NCBI GenBank assembly: GCA_964542225.1
Contig: CAZITO010000003.1
Coordinates: 9,332 to 73,331 of the forward strand
Origin: an uncultured Bacteroidaceae bacterium
Lineage (GTDB): Bacteria > Bacteroidota > Bacteroidia > Bacteroidales > P3
Length of the DNA: 64,000 nucleotides
Direction of reading: 5' to 3'
Notes under the pieces: model-generated
Databases searched by the model: none
Told to the model about the DNA's origin: nothing
Seen by the model: only the letters and a program-made list of their open reading frames with translations
Shown: in pieces, positions 10,245-20,738 of the stretch
Position numbering within the stretch: position 1 is the stretch's first letter
How the letters are laid out: each line of letters begins with the position of its first letter
Program-made: the position numbers and the translations under genes

Positions 10245-11675
10245 TTATTTTATCCAGAACTCTGGCATTGTTGTTTTGAACTCTGCATCAATATAATGGC
10301 ATTGCTCCTTAATAATACCGCGTCTACGAATAGCTGGCTGTAAACAATACATATCAAAATCATCCTTATTGACATCTGATACACTTACCCAATGTGGGAA
10401 TAATAACTTCATATATGCTACAGCAATACGCTTTACTGCATTATAATCACGCGTATCTGCATTTTTATCATATCCTACTAACTCCTCAAACAATAATCCA
10501 TATATATTTTGAGTACGAAGCGAATGTAGTATCTCCGAAAAATATTCGACGTTAATAGTCCATCCCTTATAGATAATACCCTTGTTAATGCGAGGCAAGT
10601 GCCATCCTTCAATAAAACAATGAAAACGATCTAACAAAGCAGACTCGCGAAATGACTGAGGTAAGGAGTCAAAATATCTATAATTTAGTGGTCGTCTTTG
10701 ATCACTCAAAGGAATATTTCCCATAAGCATCAAACCACATTCCGAGCTGAATTCATTATTATCAATTGTTGTTTTTCCAGACTCTAAATATGATTTCAAT
10801 GCAGCCTGTATCTCTGCTGGTTCTTGAAAAATGATTGTTTGTATTTCATCAAAAGCAGTAAAATCATGGTTTTTAATTATACCATTCTGTTGTTTGGCCT
10901 TATCATAAAATAACTTTGCTCTTGTAACTTTTCCTCCACTTACAAGCCAACCATATTTAGACAGGTTGCCAAAAACAAAAGATTTTCCAGTTCCTTTGGG
11001 AGCCAACTCTATTACATTTAATCTTGGTTCAATGAATATCAGCAAACGAGTTAAAAACTCTAACTTCTCAGTCATTGTATTAAATCCATCCGCCTCATAT
11101 TCCATTGCAGATAATAATACATCAATCCATTCTTGAGTTGAGAATACTTTTCTAGCATCTCTTAGATATTCAAGGTCTACAGAGCGATATGGCTTGAATG
11201 GCTTGTAATCAACCATCTCGACATGGTTCTTCTTACCATCCTCGTCGGGTAGAACTGACAATTTAATGATACCCCATTTTTCACCATCTACAAGCTCTCC
11301 CGTATGGTTCTTATAAACATATTCTGGAATTTGCCCATCATTGATTTTAATACTCAGATCAGGAATTCCAAATCTACGAATACCCTTTACCAAATCTATG
11401 TATATAATAAACCTAGTCAACAATGTTATTTCTTCTCCAGCAGACAATCTATCTTTGACATCTGTCTGTTTCTGAGGTATAACCATATCAAGGAAATTTG
11501 TAAGCCCATCACGATTGACAACTCCATCATTGCTTATATAGCGTTTGAGGATGAAGTCTTTTACGAAGGATGGCAAATTGCGTCCAGCAAATAAACTATT
11601 GGTAGATGCTGGATCTTTATATATTGCCATAGAAGCAAATTGCTCCCTTATTTTCTGACTTGTTACTTCATTCAT
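10245..11675 (-). CDS. brxL: Short BrxL-like AAA+ ATPase (BREX Lon-like protein family, no protease domain evident)
   Basis: 476-aa ORF. The N-terminus REQFASMAIYKDPAS...GRNLPSFVKDFILKRY resembles the BrxL N-terminal signature. It has a P-loop LAPKGTGKSF and Walker B FTAFDEIQ. The length fits the ~470-aa family that I recall co-occurring with PglZ. Confidence 0.7.
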   Translation of the reverse strand: MNEVTSQKIREQFASMAIYKDPASTNSLFAGRNLPSFVKDFILKRYISNDGVVNRDGLTNFLDMVIPQKQTDVKDRLSAGEEITLLTRFIIYIDLVKGIRRFGIPDLSIKINDGQIPEYVYKNHTGELVDGEKWGIIKLSVLPDEDGKKNHVEMVDYKPFKPYRSVDLEYLRDARKVFSTQEWIDVLLSAMEYEADGFNTMTEKLEFLTRLLIFIEPRLNVIELAPKGTGKSFVFGNLSKYGWLVSGGKVTRAKLFYDKAKQQNGIIKNHDFTAFDEIQTIIFQEPAEIQAALKSYLESGKTTIDNNEFSSECGLMLMGNIPLSDQRRPLNYRYFDSLPQSFRESALLDRFHCFIEGWHLPRINKGIIYKGWTINVEYFSEILHSLRTQNIYGLLFEELVGYDKNADTRDYNAVKRIAVAYMKLLFPHWVSVSDVNKDDFDMYCLQPAIRRRGIIKEQCHYIDAEFKTTMPEFWIK

Positions 11676-11677
11676 AA

Positions 11678-14098
11678 TTAAAACCCTCCAAATAGATCAT
11701 CTTCATCAATACCAGTCCTAATAATTAACGAATCAGACTGGGTATAATCATTAATTTTTAATACAATCTGTGTAGACGTTTCTACAAGATTTAGACGTTC
11801 ACTTTCGTATGTACAATTATCGGTTTTGATTAATGAGTAATCTACACCATTATATTTTACACTTGGCGTATCAACTGTTGAAAGCCCTTTTATCCTATAT
11901 TTTACAATAGGTTTAGATGCAGATATCTCATTATCGATTAGAGATGCAGAATATGTACTTGCATTCTTTTTGCTTGAAACTATAATAATAGGAACAAGAA
12001 CCTCTTCAGGAGTGCATCCGCCATGCGCTCCTAATCCATTAGGAGTCTTGGACGTTAATGAATCATAGTTCAAGGAACACATAGTTTTCTGATCTTCTAG
12101 AACAATGTATGATGAATCGTCGCCTATATTGCTATTTTGCAATGTTGCGCATCGTCCAGAATGACCTGACTTAATTCCTGCTATATTTAATCCCTTGCCA
12201 TATTGTGCCATATAACTGATGCCATGATCAGACACAAACGCAATCTTTTTACCGTTATATTGTGCAAGAACGGAGGATATAGCCTTTTTTATAATTTCAA
12301 ACTCGTCAATTATATAATTAGGATAGGATTTGTGTCTATGGGAACATGTGTCTAAATCGCCTATCTTTTTTAATATATTCGGTGAAGAAATCTCATCCAA
12401 TTTAACCTTGTTTATCTCGGTCGTTGATGGTAATTCTGCCACACCAATATGTACTTCGTTCAAGTAAACACCATCTACTTGATGTTTCTTTATTTGCTCT
12501 ATTAAAAACGGAATCCAATCAACTCCAAGGCCATCTATCCAATAGTATACATCAATATCTTCCCTGTTGTGTAATATTGTTTTTACAGTCTTAAAGTTGT
12601 TATACCATATCTCAAACGAGGTCGATGAAGAATTTTTATCTAAAATCAATTGAGAAATCAAATCTGTTGGTCTATTGGAGATTTTAGATTTGCGGTATTC
12701 ATCCATGTATGAATTAATCCAAATATTCTCAGTATCTACATTTAATTTGGATAAAGATGTATATGAATATAATTCTGGATACAAAAACTGAATTTTTTCT
12801 CTTGAAATTAAACCTCGTCCTAACCACTCTATCATTAGCTGTCGTTCAGAGTATGTTAAAGGTGTAATATATTTCATCGCAGTCTGATATCCTCGTTCAG
12901 GATCTATGGCGATTGAATTCAACTTACTATAAACCTTGTTTTCTGCAAGTTCCGTGATTTTAACATCAAATTTCATCGCTTCCATCAACATTATTCTGCG
13001 TTCCTGAAGCGATTCTTCATTCAATGGTTCTTCATAAATCAATGTTTCTAGCAGAGAAAACAATTCAGTAGTACTTTGTGAATTACATAGTCTTAGAACT
13101 CTATTTAGATAACTCTCTTCACCATTTTTAAATAGATAATAGTTCTTAAGCAACCAGCGTGAAAAATCATCTTGATATTCAAACCAAATATGTATGAAAT
13201 CAATTTCGTTGTTAAGAACATACGAATTAAATCTCTTGTGTACGAATGATTCAAAGGTAAATGTTGATATATCGATATTAGACGCAAGTTGTTCCCAATA
13301 CTTAATATCTTCATGTCCTAATTGTAGACAGCCAAAATCAAACTCAAGTCCTTTTGTAAGAAACTCAAATACGTTGCTACAAATCACATAATCGAAAGCA
13401 TTATCAGGATGTGCATTATGAGCGTTGTCAAAAATCGTTTTTGAACTACAAATTATTTGATTCTTAACCTTATTGCCAACTTTCCATAAAGCAATCCATT
13501 CTCTCATATTGCGACAAATGGTAAATTTCTCATCTAACGATTGTATCCCATACGTACTATTGTTTGTCAATATGAGTTTATATTTAGCAGTATTTTTTCC
13601 AGAACGATACTCCCAAATATGAATGTTAGGATCACTTTTGAAGTGATTCATTTTACTTTGCATCCCAATAATTGGAATGTATACTCTTTGATGGTCTAAT
13701 TGTGCTTCTTCTGGAGAAGATATCAATCTGATTGTTTTAACTAATGAATTAAATTCTTTATAATGCTCATTATCATAGAATCTAGTTATCTCAGAAAATG
13801 GAGCAATTACAAAATCGTTAGATGGAAGGTGTTCTATATACTCGTTAAATCTATCTGCTAATTGTGAATATGTCATTAACTCATCATCATTGCCCTCGTC
13901 CATCCATTTGTCCATACCTTGCACAAAAACGCAATGATTACTACATTCTTGTACGAATGCATTAAAATCATTAAAGCTCTCAAATAAGACAAAGCGTAGT
14001 GGATAACGGTTACGGAGAGAGCACTCTGCGCCTGTCCAATTTTTATCTATCTCAATTTCTTGATATAGTTCCTCTACAGAATCAATGACCTTGTACAT
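11678..14098 (-). CDS. pglZ: PglZ-domain protein (alkaline-phosphatase fold)
   Basis: 806-aa ORF. The C-terminal half has YYWIDGLGVDWIPF and AFVSDHGISY...HGG, the metal-ligand motifs typical of PglZ / alkaline-phosphatase superfamily domains. Confidence 0.8.
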   Translation of the reverse strand: MYKVIDSVEELYQEIEIDKNWTGAECSLRNRYPLRFVLFESFNDFNAFVQECSNHCVFVQGMDKWMDEGNDDELMTYSQLADRFNEYIEHLPSNDFVIAPFSEITRFYDNEHYKEFNSLVKTIRLISSPEEAQLDHQRVYIPIIGMQSKMNHFKSDPNIHIWEYRSGKNTAKYKLILTNNSTYGIQSLDEKFTICRNMREWIALWKVGNKVKNQIICSSKTIFDNAHNAHPDNAFDYVICSNVFEFLTKGLEFDFGCLQLGHEDIKYWEQLASNIDISTFTFESFVHKRFNSYVLNNEIDFIHIWFEYQDDFSRWLLKNYYLFKNGEESYLNRVLRLCNSQSTTELFSLLETLIYEEPLNEESLQERRIMLMEAMKFDVKITELAENKVYSKLNSIAIDPERGYQTAMKYITPLTYSERQLMIEWLGRGLISREKIQFLYPELYSYTSLSKLNVDTENIWINSYMDEYRKSKISNRPTDLISQLILDKNSSSTSFEIWYNNFKTVKTILHNREDIDVYYWIDGLGVDWIPFLIEQIKKHQVDGVYLNEVHIGVAELPSTTEINKVKLDEISSPNILKKIGDLDTCSHRHKSYPNYIIDEFEIIKKAISSVLAQYNGKKIAFVSDHGISYMAQYGKGLNIAGIKSGHSGRCATLQNSNIGDDSSYIVLEDQKTMCSLNYDSLTSKTPNGLGAHGGCTPEEVLVPIIIVSSKKNASTYSASLIDNEISASKPIVKYRIKGLSTVDTPSVKYNGVDYSLIKTDNCTYESERLNLVETSTQIVLKINDYTQSDSLIIRTGIDEDDLFGGF

Positions 14099-14104
14099 AA
14101 TTGA

Positions 14105-17100
14105 CTATGAATTAATTTTATCCAACAACCATTCATTATTGGTATCACATAACTTTAAAAGCATATCTTTCGCTTCATCCAATGAGGAAATCTTAGATAT
14201 TCTTTCTTTTGCTTTCAGACGCTTTTCAGACACAACGTCAGGGTTAATGACTGGCTGCTCATTAGGTTTGCTTGGCTCAACATGAATAGGCTCATTCGCT
14301 AAGTTTTGTTTCTTTAGCCTCCATTTTAAGGCAGATGTATTTACTTCTTCTTCTGTCCAATAACCAACAGTTGATTCAAGATACCCTGTAATAAAATTCC
14401 TAACTTCCTCAATCTCACTTTCTTTGATATTGAGATCTTCTATTTGCATCAAGAAATTCTTGAAGCCATCATTAAATGCAGCATCAACATTGAGGATATT
14501 CTTCATTTCTATCCTCAATTCTTCTATTAAAGATAATGTTTGATTTACAAGAGCTGGATTACGTAGTTCACGCTCCATACAAATTTGAACAATATCATCA
14601 ATCAAAGTCTTTATGCTATCGCTAATAGAAACAGTTATAGGCAAACTTGCAAATGCTGAAGAGGAAGCATACTTCAATGTCCACAAAGGATTATTTTTCT
14701 TAGCCAGGAAGTCACCTGTTATGGCAAAACGAGCATCTTTCAAACTTGTAACATCGGAATAAGTATTTCCTTTGTTATTCAATTTGAATAAAGATATCAA
14801 CTCTTTACACAATTTACCTTCTTCAGGAGTTTGGAATTTGAAGTTCAGTTTGTTATTTGACTTATTGTCATCCCATACCTTAAACAACAGCACAATATCA
14901 TCGATAAGAGCATTGGCATCTCTCGGTTTACCTTGTGGATCAAATACCTTATTGACCCAAGGTCTAAGAGCGAAAGCCATAATACCCATAGCAGCAAAAC
15001 TACCATAAAAACCATATGGTGGCTGTGTTAGTATTGAGAATTTATCATCAAAGTTAAATGGCAGACTCTTATCTGCATACTTGATAATCTTATTTACTTT
15101 ATCACATGCTGCCTTAAACGGATGATCATCCGAAACTTCTGATTTCCAATTAAGGTTTTCATCCAAGCAATCTTGAATTAGATATTGCACTGGACGCATT
15201 TGCTGATTGATGCTAATGAACTCACTTTTCGTTGTTGCAAAAAGAAAAGTTCTTACCATTTCCTTAGAGTTCTGTTGTTTCCAGAATGTCAAAGGTGCTT
15301 TTTGTCTTAATATCTCATGTGCGTCTGGTCCATAAGGGAAGATAACAGGTGTTATAGATGAATTAACTATAGAAGATAAATGCTTTACAGAAATAGGTCG
15401 CTTATCTTCTCCATTAATATATACAGTAGCATTATTCCTTTGAACAGATTCCATCCATTCTTTAACCATTGCCATAGCATGGTCTTTATGAACCTTTTGC
15501 TGATCTAAAAATCCATGACTACTTGCACAAGCATAGTTTGCTTGAAATTCAACAAACTGCTCGTATTTGGCATCAGTCATCACTTCATCAAAGACAATAA
15601 AAACTATGTTCTTCAAGTCCCTATCATCTTCGTCAACTGAACATTTCTCTGCAAAAGTACGTAAAGTCGCTAATTCAGTATTATTGCGAGCTAACAATAA
15701 AGCAAAGAATAAGCTGCTACTTTTGTTCTCTTTCTTACCATTCTTGATTTGACTACGCAATTGAGATTCGTTTTGAACATCAGAATAGAACTTAAATGCA
15801 AATGGCCTAATGACTTTTTGCATAAATTTCTTCTCAAATATAGTCTTGGCGACATCCGAAAATTTAAGAATTTGGTGAGTAAAACGATATTGAACATTTC
15901 GCATCTCAATCTTTTTCTCCTCAATTTCTCCAGATGGTAATGCCGAGAATTGCACAGAGTAAAGGCCGCCAGGAGCGCGTTGAATTACACCATTCTCATT
16001 AAACCAATTAAGAATTCCATCAACAGTATCACCATAAGTTGTGCCTGCAAATAGTGAGCGAATGTTATCCTCGGAAGGTGTGACAAGTCCGTTATTATTT
16101 TCTCCTGAGACATTGTTAAATGCATTAAGTAAGAGAATACCCTTGAATACAGCAAAGTAATCATTTCCTATACTACTTACCAACTGCACATACGAGTTAT
16201 ATCGCTCGGTTACTGCACCATAGTTGGTAACATCATCTTGGAAAACTTTCAACACATAATCCCATAGATAATCGGCTGTGATTGTTTCTCCATTGAAGAA
16301 TAAATCCTCATTATCTAAAAAAGCTCTAATTGCATCATTTTGTCCTAAAAACTCAAATACACTTCGACTTGAGGAACCTACTACTGTAGCATAATGAGTT
16401 GCCAGATTCGCGGTTCCCGGATGTAGTGGGAATAAGTTTAATAAATCCTCTTTAGTTGATAATGTGTCATTACTTGTTGCTGTGAAGATTTCCAACAATT
16501 GTGGATTCATAGAGTAGAATGATTGGCTCATCTTTGAATGACGTTCTTTGTCTACAATCTCAAATTTTCTAGACATAATTTTAAATGCCGACACAGACTC
16601 CATGTTGTATTTCATTCGATGATATCTACCATCAGTCTGTTTTAATTGTTCCGAATCTATTCCATTAAATGCAGAAGGGTGAGAAATCAGGAATATATAT
16701 GAGTTATTATCCTCATTCATAAATTTCTCAGCAACATCCTGTAACTCTTTAAGTACAGGCACACCGATAGGATCTGTCATCACATCAGTAAACTCATCCC
16801 AGATAATTAACAGTCCATTGTACTCACCTAATTCGACTAATTTATCTTGTACTTCAATCAACCATTGCTTTAGGCTCTCGTTATTCATTCTAACATCCAA
16901 ACCCGCAACGCGCAAAGTGTCAGTTACACGATGGAACGTACCAAGATCGCCAGTCGTGAGTTTTGAAATAAGTTGTTCTGTTGTGGATACGATGGATGAT
17001 AGAAGTGTACTAGTCTCTATTCTATGTTTCCAAATTTCTGGCTCCTTATTGATTTGTTCAATGTAATTTTCGAAATCAGTGGGGACACAAATATTAATTC

Positions 17101-17551
17101 CATTATTCTTCAAAGTAGATGTAACCGCTTTTTGAAGAAGCAATGCAAGGTCAGATGTATGAGTCATTGCCCCCAAGCCATATAACTTAACAGGTAACAA
17201 TCTCTTTTCTTCTCGTAGTTTATATATGGCTTGACGAATAGAATCAAATTTGCTGTCACCAAATTCATAATCTACCCATTCTCTAATGCCATCTATATCA
17301 TCACACAATAAGTGGCTTATTACAGCGACAGCGTGACTTTTACCTGTACCATAGGTGCCATTAATCCAGAATGACTTATGATTATCAATATCATTGCCAC
17401 GAACTGACTTAAGTACAGTCCGTAGAACGCTATTAAACTGTTCGTTTGGAATAAAGGATGTCCATTCTCCGTCTTTTTCGTCTGCAATGACATAGGCAGC
17501 TTTACCGCCACGCAGTTTTATTATATCGCCATACTTAGTAGCCATAGCCAA
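14105..17551 (-). CDS. brxC: BrxC/PglY-like large P-loop ATPase (DUF499-type)
   Basis: 1148-aa ORF. It has Walker A FWINGTYGTGKSHAVAV near the N-terminus and Walker B-like LLIIWDEFTD. Its size and its position between the PAPS-reductase protein and PglZ match the BREX type 4 layout. Confidence 0.7.
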   Translation of the reverse strand: MAMATKYGDIIKLRGGKAAYVIADEKDGEWTSFIPNEQFNSVLRTVLKSVRGNDIDNHKSFWINGTYGTGKSHAVAVISHLLCDDIDGIREWVDYEFGDSKFDSIRQAIYKLREEKRLLPVKLYGLGAMTHTSDLALLLQKAVTSTLKNNGINICVPTDFENYIEQINKEPEIWKHRIETSTLLSSIVSTTEQLISKLTTGDLGTFHRVTDTLRVAGLDVRMNNESLKQWLIEVQDKLVELGEYNGLLIIWDEFTDVMTDPIGVPVLKELQDVAEKFMNEDNNSYIFLISHPSAFNGIDSEQLKQTDGRYHRMKYNMESVSAFKIMSRKFEIVDKERHSKMSQSFYSMNPQLLEIFTATSNDTLSTKEDLLNLFPLHPGTANLATHYATVVGSSSRSVFEFLGQNDAIRAFLDNEDLFFNGETITADYLWDYVLKVFQDDVTNYGAVTERYNSYVQLVSSIGNDYFAVFKGILLLNAFNNVSGENNNGLVTPSEDNIRSLFAGTTYGDTVDGILNWFNENGVIQRAPGGLYSVQFSALPSGEIEEKKIEMRNVQYRFTHQILKFSDVAKTIFEKKFMQKVIRPFAFKFYSDVQNESQLRSQIKNGKKENKSSSLFFALLLARNNTELATLRTFAEKCSVDEDDRDLKNIVFIVFDEVMTDAKYEQFVEFQANYACASSHGFLDQQKVHKDHAMAMVKEWMESVQRNNATVYINGEDKRPISVKHLSSIVNSSITPVIFPYGPDAHEILRQKAPLTFWKQQNSKEMVRTFLFATTKSEFISINQQMRPVQYLIQDCLDENLNWKSEVSDDHPFKAACDKVNKIIKYADKSLPFNFDDKFSILTQPPYGFYGSFAAMGIMAFALRPWVNKVFDPQGKPRDANALIDDIVLLFKVWDDNKSNNKLNFKFQTPEEGKLCKELISLFKLNNKGNTYSDVTSLKDARFAITGDFLAKKNNPLWTLKYASSSAFASLPITVSISDSIKTLIDDIVQICMERELRNPALVNQTLSLIEELRIEMKNILNVDAAFNDGFKNFLMQIEDLNIKESEIEEVRNFITGYLESTVGYWTEEEVNTSALKWRLKKQNLANEPIHVEPSKPNEQPVINPDVVSEKRLKAKERISKISSLDEAKDMLLKLCDTNNEWLLDKINS

Positions 17552-18001
17552 CTATTGTTTTGTTAAGAATCGTGTTATTATATTTCTTCTTATATATTCT
17601 CTACTCTCTGCATCTTGCAATATTTCCCACAACTCATCATCGAATTTCGCATACAAGAGATTTTCTCTTAAATATTTTTCCGAAGGCGTATCACCATTAT
17701 ACGGTGGACGATTCTTCTCATACCAAACAAGATGATAAAAATCAGATGAACCAAGATGGTAATAAGGCAATATTATTGGAGTTAACTTTACTTCTTTATA
17801 ATATCTTGCAAAAGCAGTATATATATCTTTTAATCTGTTATCATTGAACATTATTTTATTTTCATCCAAATCCCCCATAGCAATACATGCAAGGATAGAT
17901 AGAATAAACAACGGTTTGGCAATAGATTTTCCAGATATGCCATTACCACACTTAATGCTCAAAATTAAATCGTTATATAAATTTACAGTATAAGAATTCA
18001 T
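17552..18001 (-). CDS. Small stand-alone protein resembling the N-terminal DNA-reader domain of SBD-HNH (ScoMcrA-type) enzymes (tentative)
   Basis: 149-aa ORF. SIAKPLFILSILACIAMGDLDENKIMFND..L...Y...LPYYHLGSSDFYHLVW...FDDELWEIL....REYIRRNIITRF follows the remembered pattern hKPhLLLshh..h..G.h..N.I...P[FY][FY]HL....FWhL seen N-terminal to HNH nucleases. Its stop overlaps or abuts the neighbouring genes. Confidence 0.35.
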   Translation of the reverse strand: MNSYTVNLYNDLILSIKCGNGISGKSIAKPLFILSILACIAMGDLDENKIMFNDNRLKDIYTAFARYYKEVKLTPIILPYYHLGSSDFYHLVWYEKNRPPYNGDTPSEKYLRENLLYAKFDDELWEILQDAESREYIRRNIITRFLTKQ

Positions 18002-20514
18002 TAGTCTAAAAGTGCTTTCAACACAGCAATTGAGGTTAAATCTTCTCTTAGGGTTATATGATCCAATCCCATATTCAACTCTGTAATAAGTACCCTGTTT
18101 TTTTTAGAAGACAAATATCTCAAACTTTTCATTAAATCATTTTTACTAATACCGAATTCTTTATATACACCATATGACTCATCTGAACGATATAAGTCAG
18201 ATACTCTAAACATTTTTATATCATTGTATTGAGCATATCTGTATATTGAATAAGCAATTGCCTCAGGATTTAAATCAGTATAATTATCTCGTCTATATGA
18301 ATTGCCTTTTTCTTCTTGTACGACACATTGATGAAACTCTTCACCAATTGGAGAATATTTAAAACTTTGCATTAAAGCCTGAATTGCATATGTAATAGTC
18401 GTTTCCTTAAATGTTTGCTGAAAATACTCAATCGCTAGTTTGTCTAAACTTTTGCGTGAAAATTCCGTCATATGTGCAAATGTCTTAATATACCATCTAA
18501 CAAGTGGACTATTATATGCTAGATTAATGTATATAAGCTCCCACAATAAAGTTGTAGAATTTTTATTTATCTCAACACACAATTCACCAAATGGAGTTAG
18601 GCAGTTTTTATCATCAATAATTTCCGCATCTTTTAACCATGCTTTAAAACTTGGAACTTGCTTAACTCCGAGCACATTGTCTGACCAAAAATCCGAGGGG
18701 GATGATAAATATTGATCTACCCACTCTTGATGTATTCCAAATGTTCCGTATTTTGATATTTTCATATTTGATATATTGGTATCTGTTGGTTTTAACATTG
18801 AATCTGCTACAATACATCCAACATTGTGGTACTCTAAACATTTATGGCAATGCGTGCAAAGTTCTTTATTTATCACGACTTCAGGATACACAGACAAGAC
18901 TCCTGTAGGGCATTCAAGTTCACAAGCTTCGCAATTGATGCAATAAGATGTTTTATTGATCATACGACGAAGATAGTATCGTAACTGAATGTTATTGTTG
19001 TCATATAAGATAAATGAAAAATCAGACTTATTCTCGCCATAACGGACCTCAAATTGAAAGACTTCTTTCTCAAATAATAATTCTCCAGTAGTTACATTAT
19101 TCCTATCGCTTATACTGTATTTCCCGACAGCATGAAGCCAAGTAAATACATCTTTTTGTGCGTCCTTAACTTTTGCTTCCCATCTAGTTGATGAGGATAT
19201 ATATTGAACAGATGTTGTAGATTGAGAAAATTTACCACTACCTCTCAATCGCCATCGTCTATCAGATATATATTCATCTTTGTTAGGTATTTTTCGTTCT
19301 TCCACAACACGTTCTATCCTAGACAAAAATGGTTGTAAATTATCAGGATAACATTTACTCACAATCATATCATCCCAAGGAGAACCAAATGGACACAAAA
19401 TACATCCAACTCTAGGTTTTCCACAGCGATAGGCATTGTTAATGGGTAGCTGATGTCTAAATAAATACAAGAAAACTTCCGTAGTATTCCATCTTAAAAT
19501 TGGACGTGCATTTATAACAAAGCTATGTTTTACCCCTTTGCCAATACGATTATAATCACTTCGCTTCGCAGATTCTTCCGCACGTACTCCTTCAAAAGCT
19601 AAAAATTTTGCATTCTTTCGATATCCTTGCTTTAGCATACGATATAATGGAGCTGTTTTCATTACTGAACAACACCAACGATGTGTATCACTAGGAGTAC
19701 CAATCTTATCCCAATAATTAAGTACAGACTCGTGATTACGGACCATTAGGAATTTAAGCGCAGGAAATTTCTGCTTATAATATTCCTGAACCTCTTCATA
19801 CAAACTTAATGAAGGTGGGAGTTCATATCCAGTATCGCTGTAAATTACTTCAAAATCTGTAGGTGGAATAGTGCGTGTACACAAGTCTAAAACCACCTGA
19901 CTGTCTTTACCTCCAGAAAAGGACGCAATAAACCTATCAATTTTAGTTGACAATAAAGCCTTTTTACCTTCCGACTCTGCCACATCCATTGGCATTATAT
20001 CGAAACTGTCACAATCTTGTTTAACAATGACCATCCTCTTTTTGCTATTTTTCTCCAGCTTATTAGCCATTGCCTCAAAATCTAACTTATTGGCATCTGC
20101 TTTATTGTATGTTTTGTTTACCTTGGTATATTCTGTGTATATATCCCGAATAAACTCTATTGCTTCGTTTTCTAAAACAAACATCAAATCAGAAGTTCGT
20201 TTCAACATCTTTTTCATATCTACAGGGATTAAGTCCATTGGTTTAATCCCTGTATTAAAGTCAAGAGTCGGTTCTATATATATATTGGCACCTTTAGCAT
20301 CAAAGATATGCTTGCCACGGTAATAATATTGTTTGTTGACTGCCCACATTATTGGCTCCTCGCAATGAGGATAATTCCAACCATGTTCATTCAACCTTAA
20401 CAAATCCAGTTCTTCATAAAACACAGGGCGTGGCGGTATGCCAATCGTGCCGTCTACAATGCGAGGATGCAACAATACTCCTCCCGTCTCTTCGTCCCAC
20501 GTTATTTTGTACAT
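18001..20514 (-). CDS. brxP: BrxP-like PAPS-reductase/PP-loop ATP pyrophosphatase (DndC-like) with a 2x[4Fe-4S] ferredoxin-type insert
   Basis: 837-aa ORF. It has the PP-loop FIASFSGGKDSQVVLDL, then HRWCCSVMKTAP and AFEGVRAEES as in PAPS reductase/DndC-type enzymes. It also has CINCEACELECPTGV...CTHCHKCLEYHNVGC (two CxxCxxC-type clusters). About 190 aa at the N-terminus and about 230 aa at the C-terminus are unassigned. Confidence 0.8.
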   Translation of the reverse strand: MYKITWDEETGGVLLHPRIVDGTIGIPPRPVFYEELDLLRLNEHGWNYPHCEEPIMWAVNKQYYYRGKHIFDAKGANIYIEPTLDFNTGIKPMDLIPVDMKKMLKRTSDLMFVLENEAIEFIRDIYTEYTKVNKTYNKADANKLDFEAMANKLEKNSKKRMVIVKQDCDSFDIMPMDVAESEGKKALLSTKIDRFIASFSGGKDSQVVLDLCTRTIPPTDFEVIYSDTGYELPPSLSLYEEVQEYYKQKFPALKFLMVRNHESVLNYWDKIGTPSDTHRWCCSVMKTAPLYRMLKQGYRKNAKFLAFEGVRAEESAKRSDYNRIGKGVKHSFVINARPILRWNTTEVFLYLFRHQLPINNAYRCGKPRVGCILCPFGSPWDDMIVSKCYPDNLQPFLSRIERVVEERKIPNKDEYISDRRWRLRGSGKFSQSTTSVQYISSSTRWEAKVKDAQKDVFTWLHAVGKYSISDRNNVTTGELLFEKEVFQFEVRYGENKSDFSFILYDNNNIQLRYYLRRMINKTSYCINCEACELECPTGVLSVYPEVVINKELCTHCHKCLEYHNVGCIVADSMLKPTDTNISNMKISKYGTFGIHQEWVDQYLSSPSDFWSDNVLGVKQVPSFKAWLKDAEIIDDKNCLTPFGELCVEINKNSTTLLWELIYINLAYNSPLVRWYIKTFAHMTEFSRKSLDKLAIEYFQQTFKETTITYAIQALMQSFKYSPIGEEFHQCVVQEEKGNSYRRDNYTDLNPEAIAYSIYRYAQYNDIKMFRVSDLYRSDESYGVYKEFGISKNDLMKSLRYLSSKKNRVLITELNMGLDHITLREDLTSIAVLKALLD

Positions 20515-20518
20515 CTCC

Positions 20519-20719
20519 TTATTCTATAATTACTAATTGTGATAGTTCAACATCAAGGAGTTTCGCTATCTTAATATATGTTTCCATTGTTGTCTGACAA
20601 GCATTCGTGCACCACTTTGAATCAGTTGTAGGTGCACATCCTAATTGTTCATCCAGCCATTTATTTGTTCTTTTCTTCTCAGCAAGAACAACCTTGAGTC
20701 TATTTATATCCTTATCCAT
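20519..20719 (-). CDS. XRE-family helix-turn-helix transcriptional regulator
   Basis: 66-aa ORF INRLKVVLAEKKRTNKWLDEQLGCAPTTDSKWCTNACQTTMETYIKIAKLLDVELSQL. This is the small Bacteroidales XRE HTH pattern (KWLAEQLG...VSKWCTN...L.KIAK.L.V). It lies 4 nt upstream of brxP. Confidence 0.8.
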   Translation of the reverse strand: MDKDINRLKVVLAEKKRTNKWLDEQLGCAPTTDSKWCTNACQTTMETYIKIAKLLDVELSQLVIIE

Positions 20720-20738
20720 AATAGTCTATTTGTTGTAC

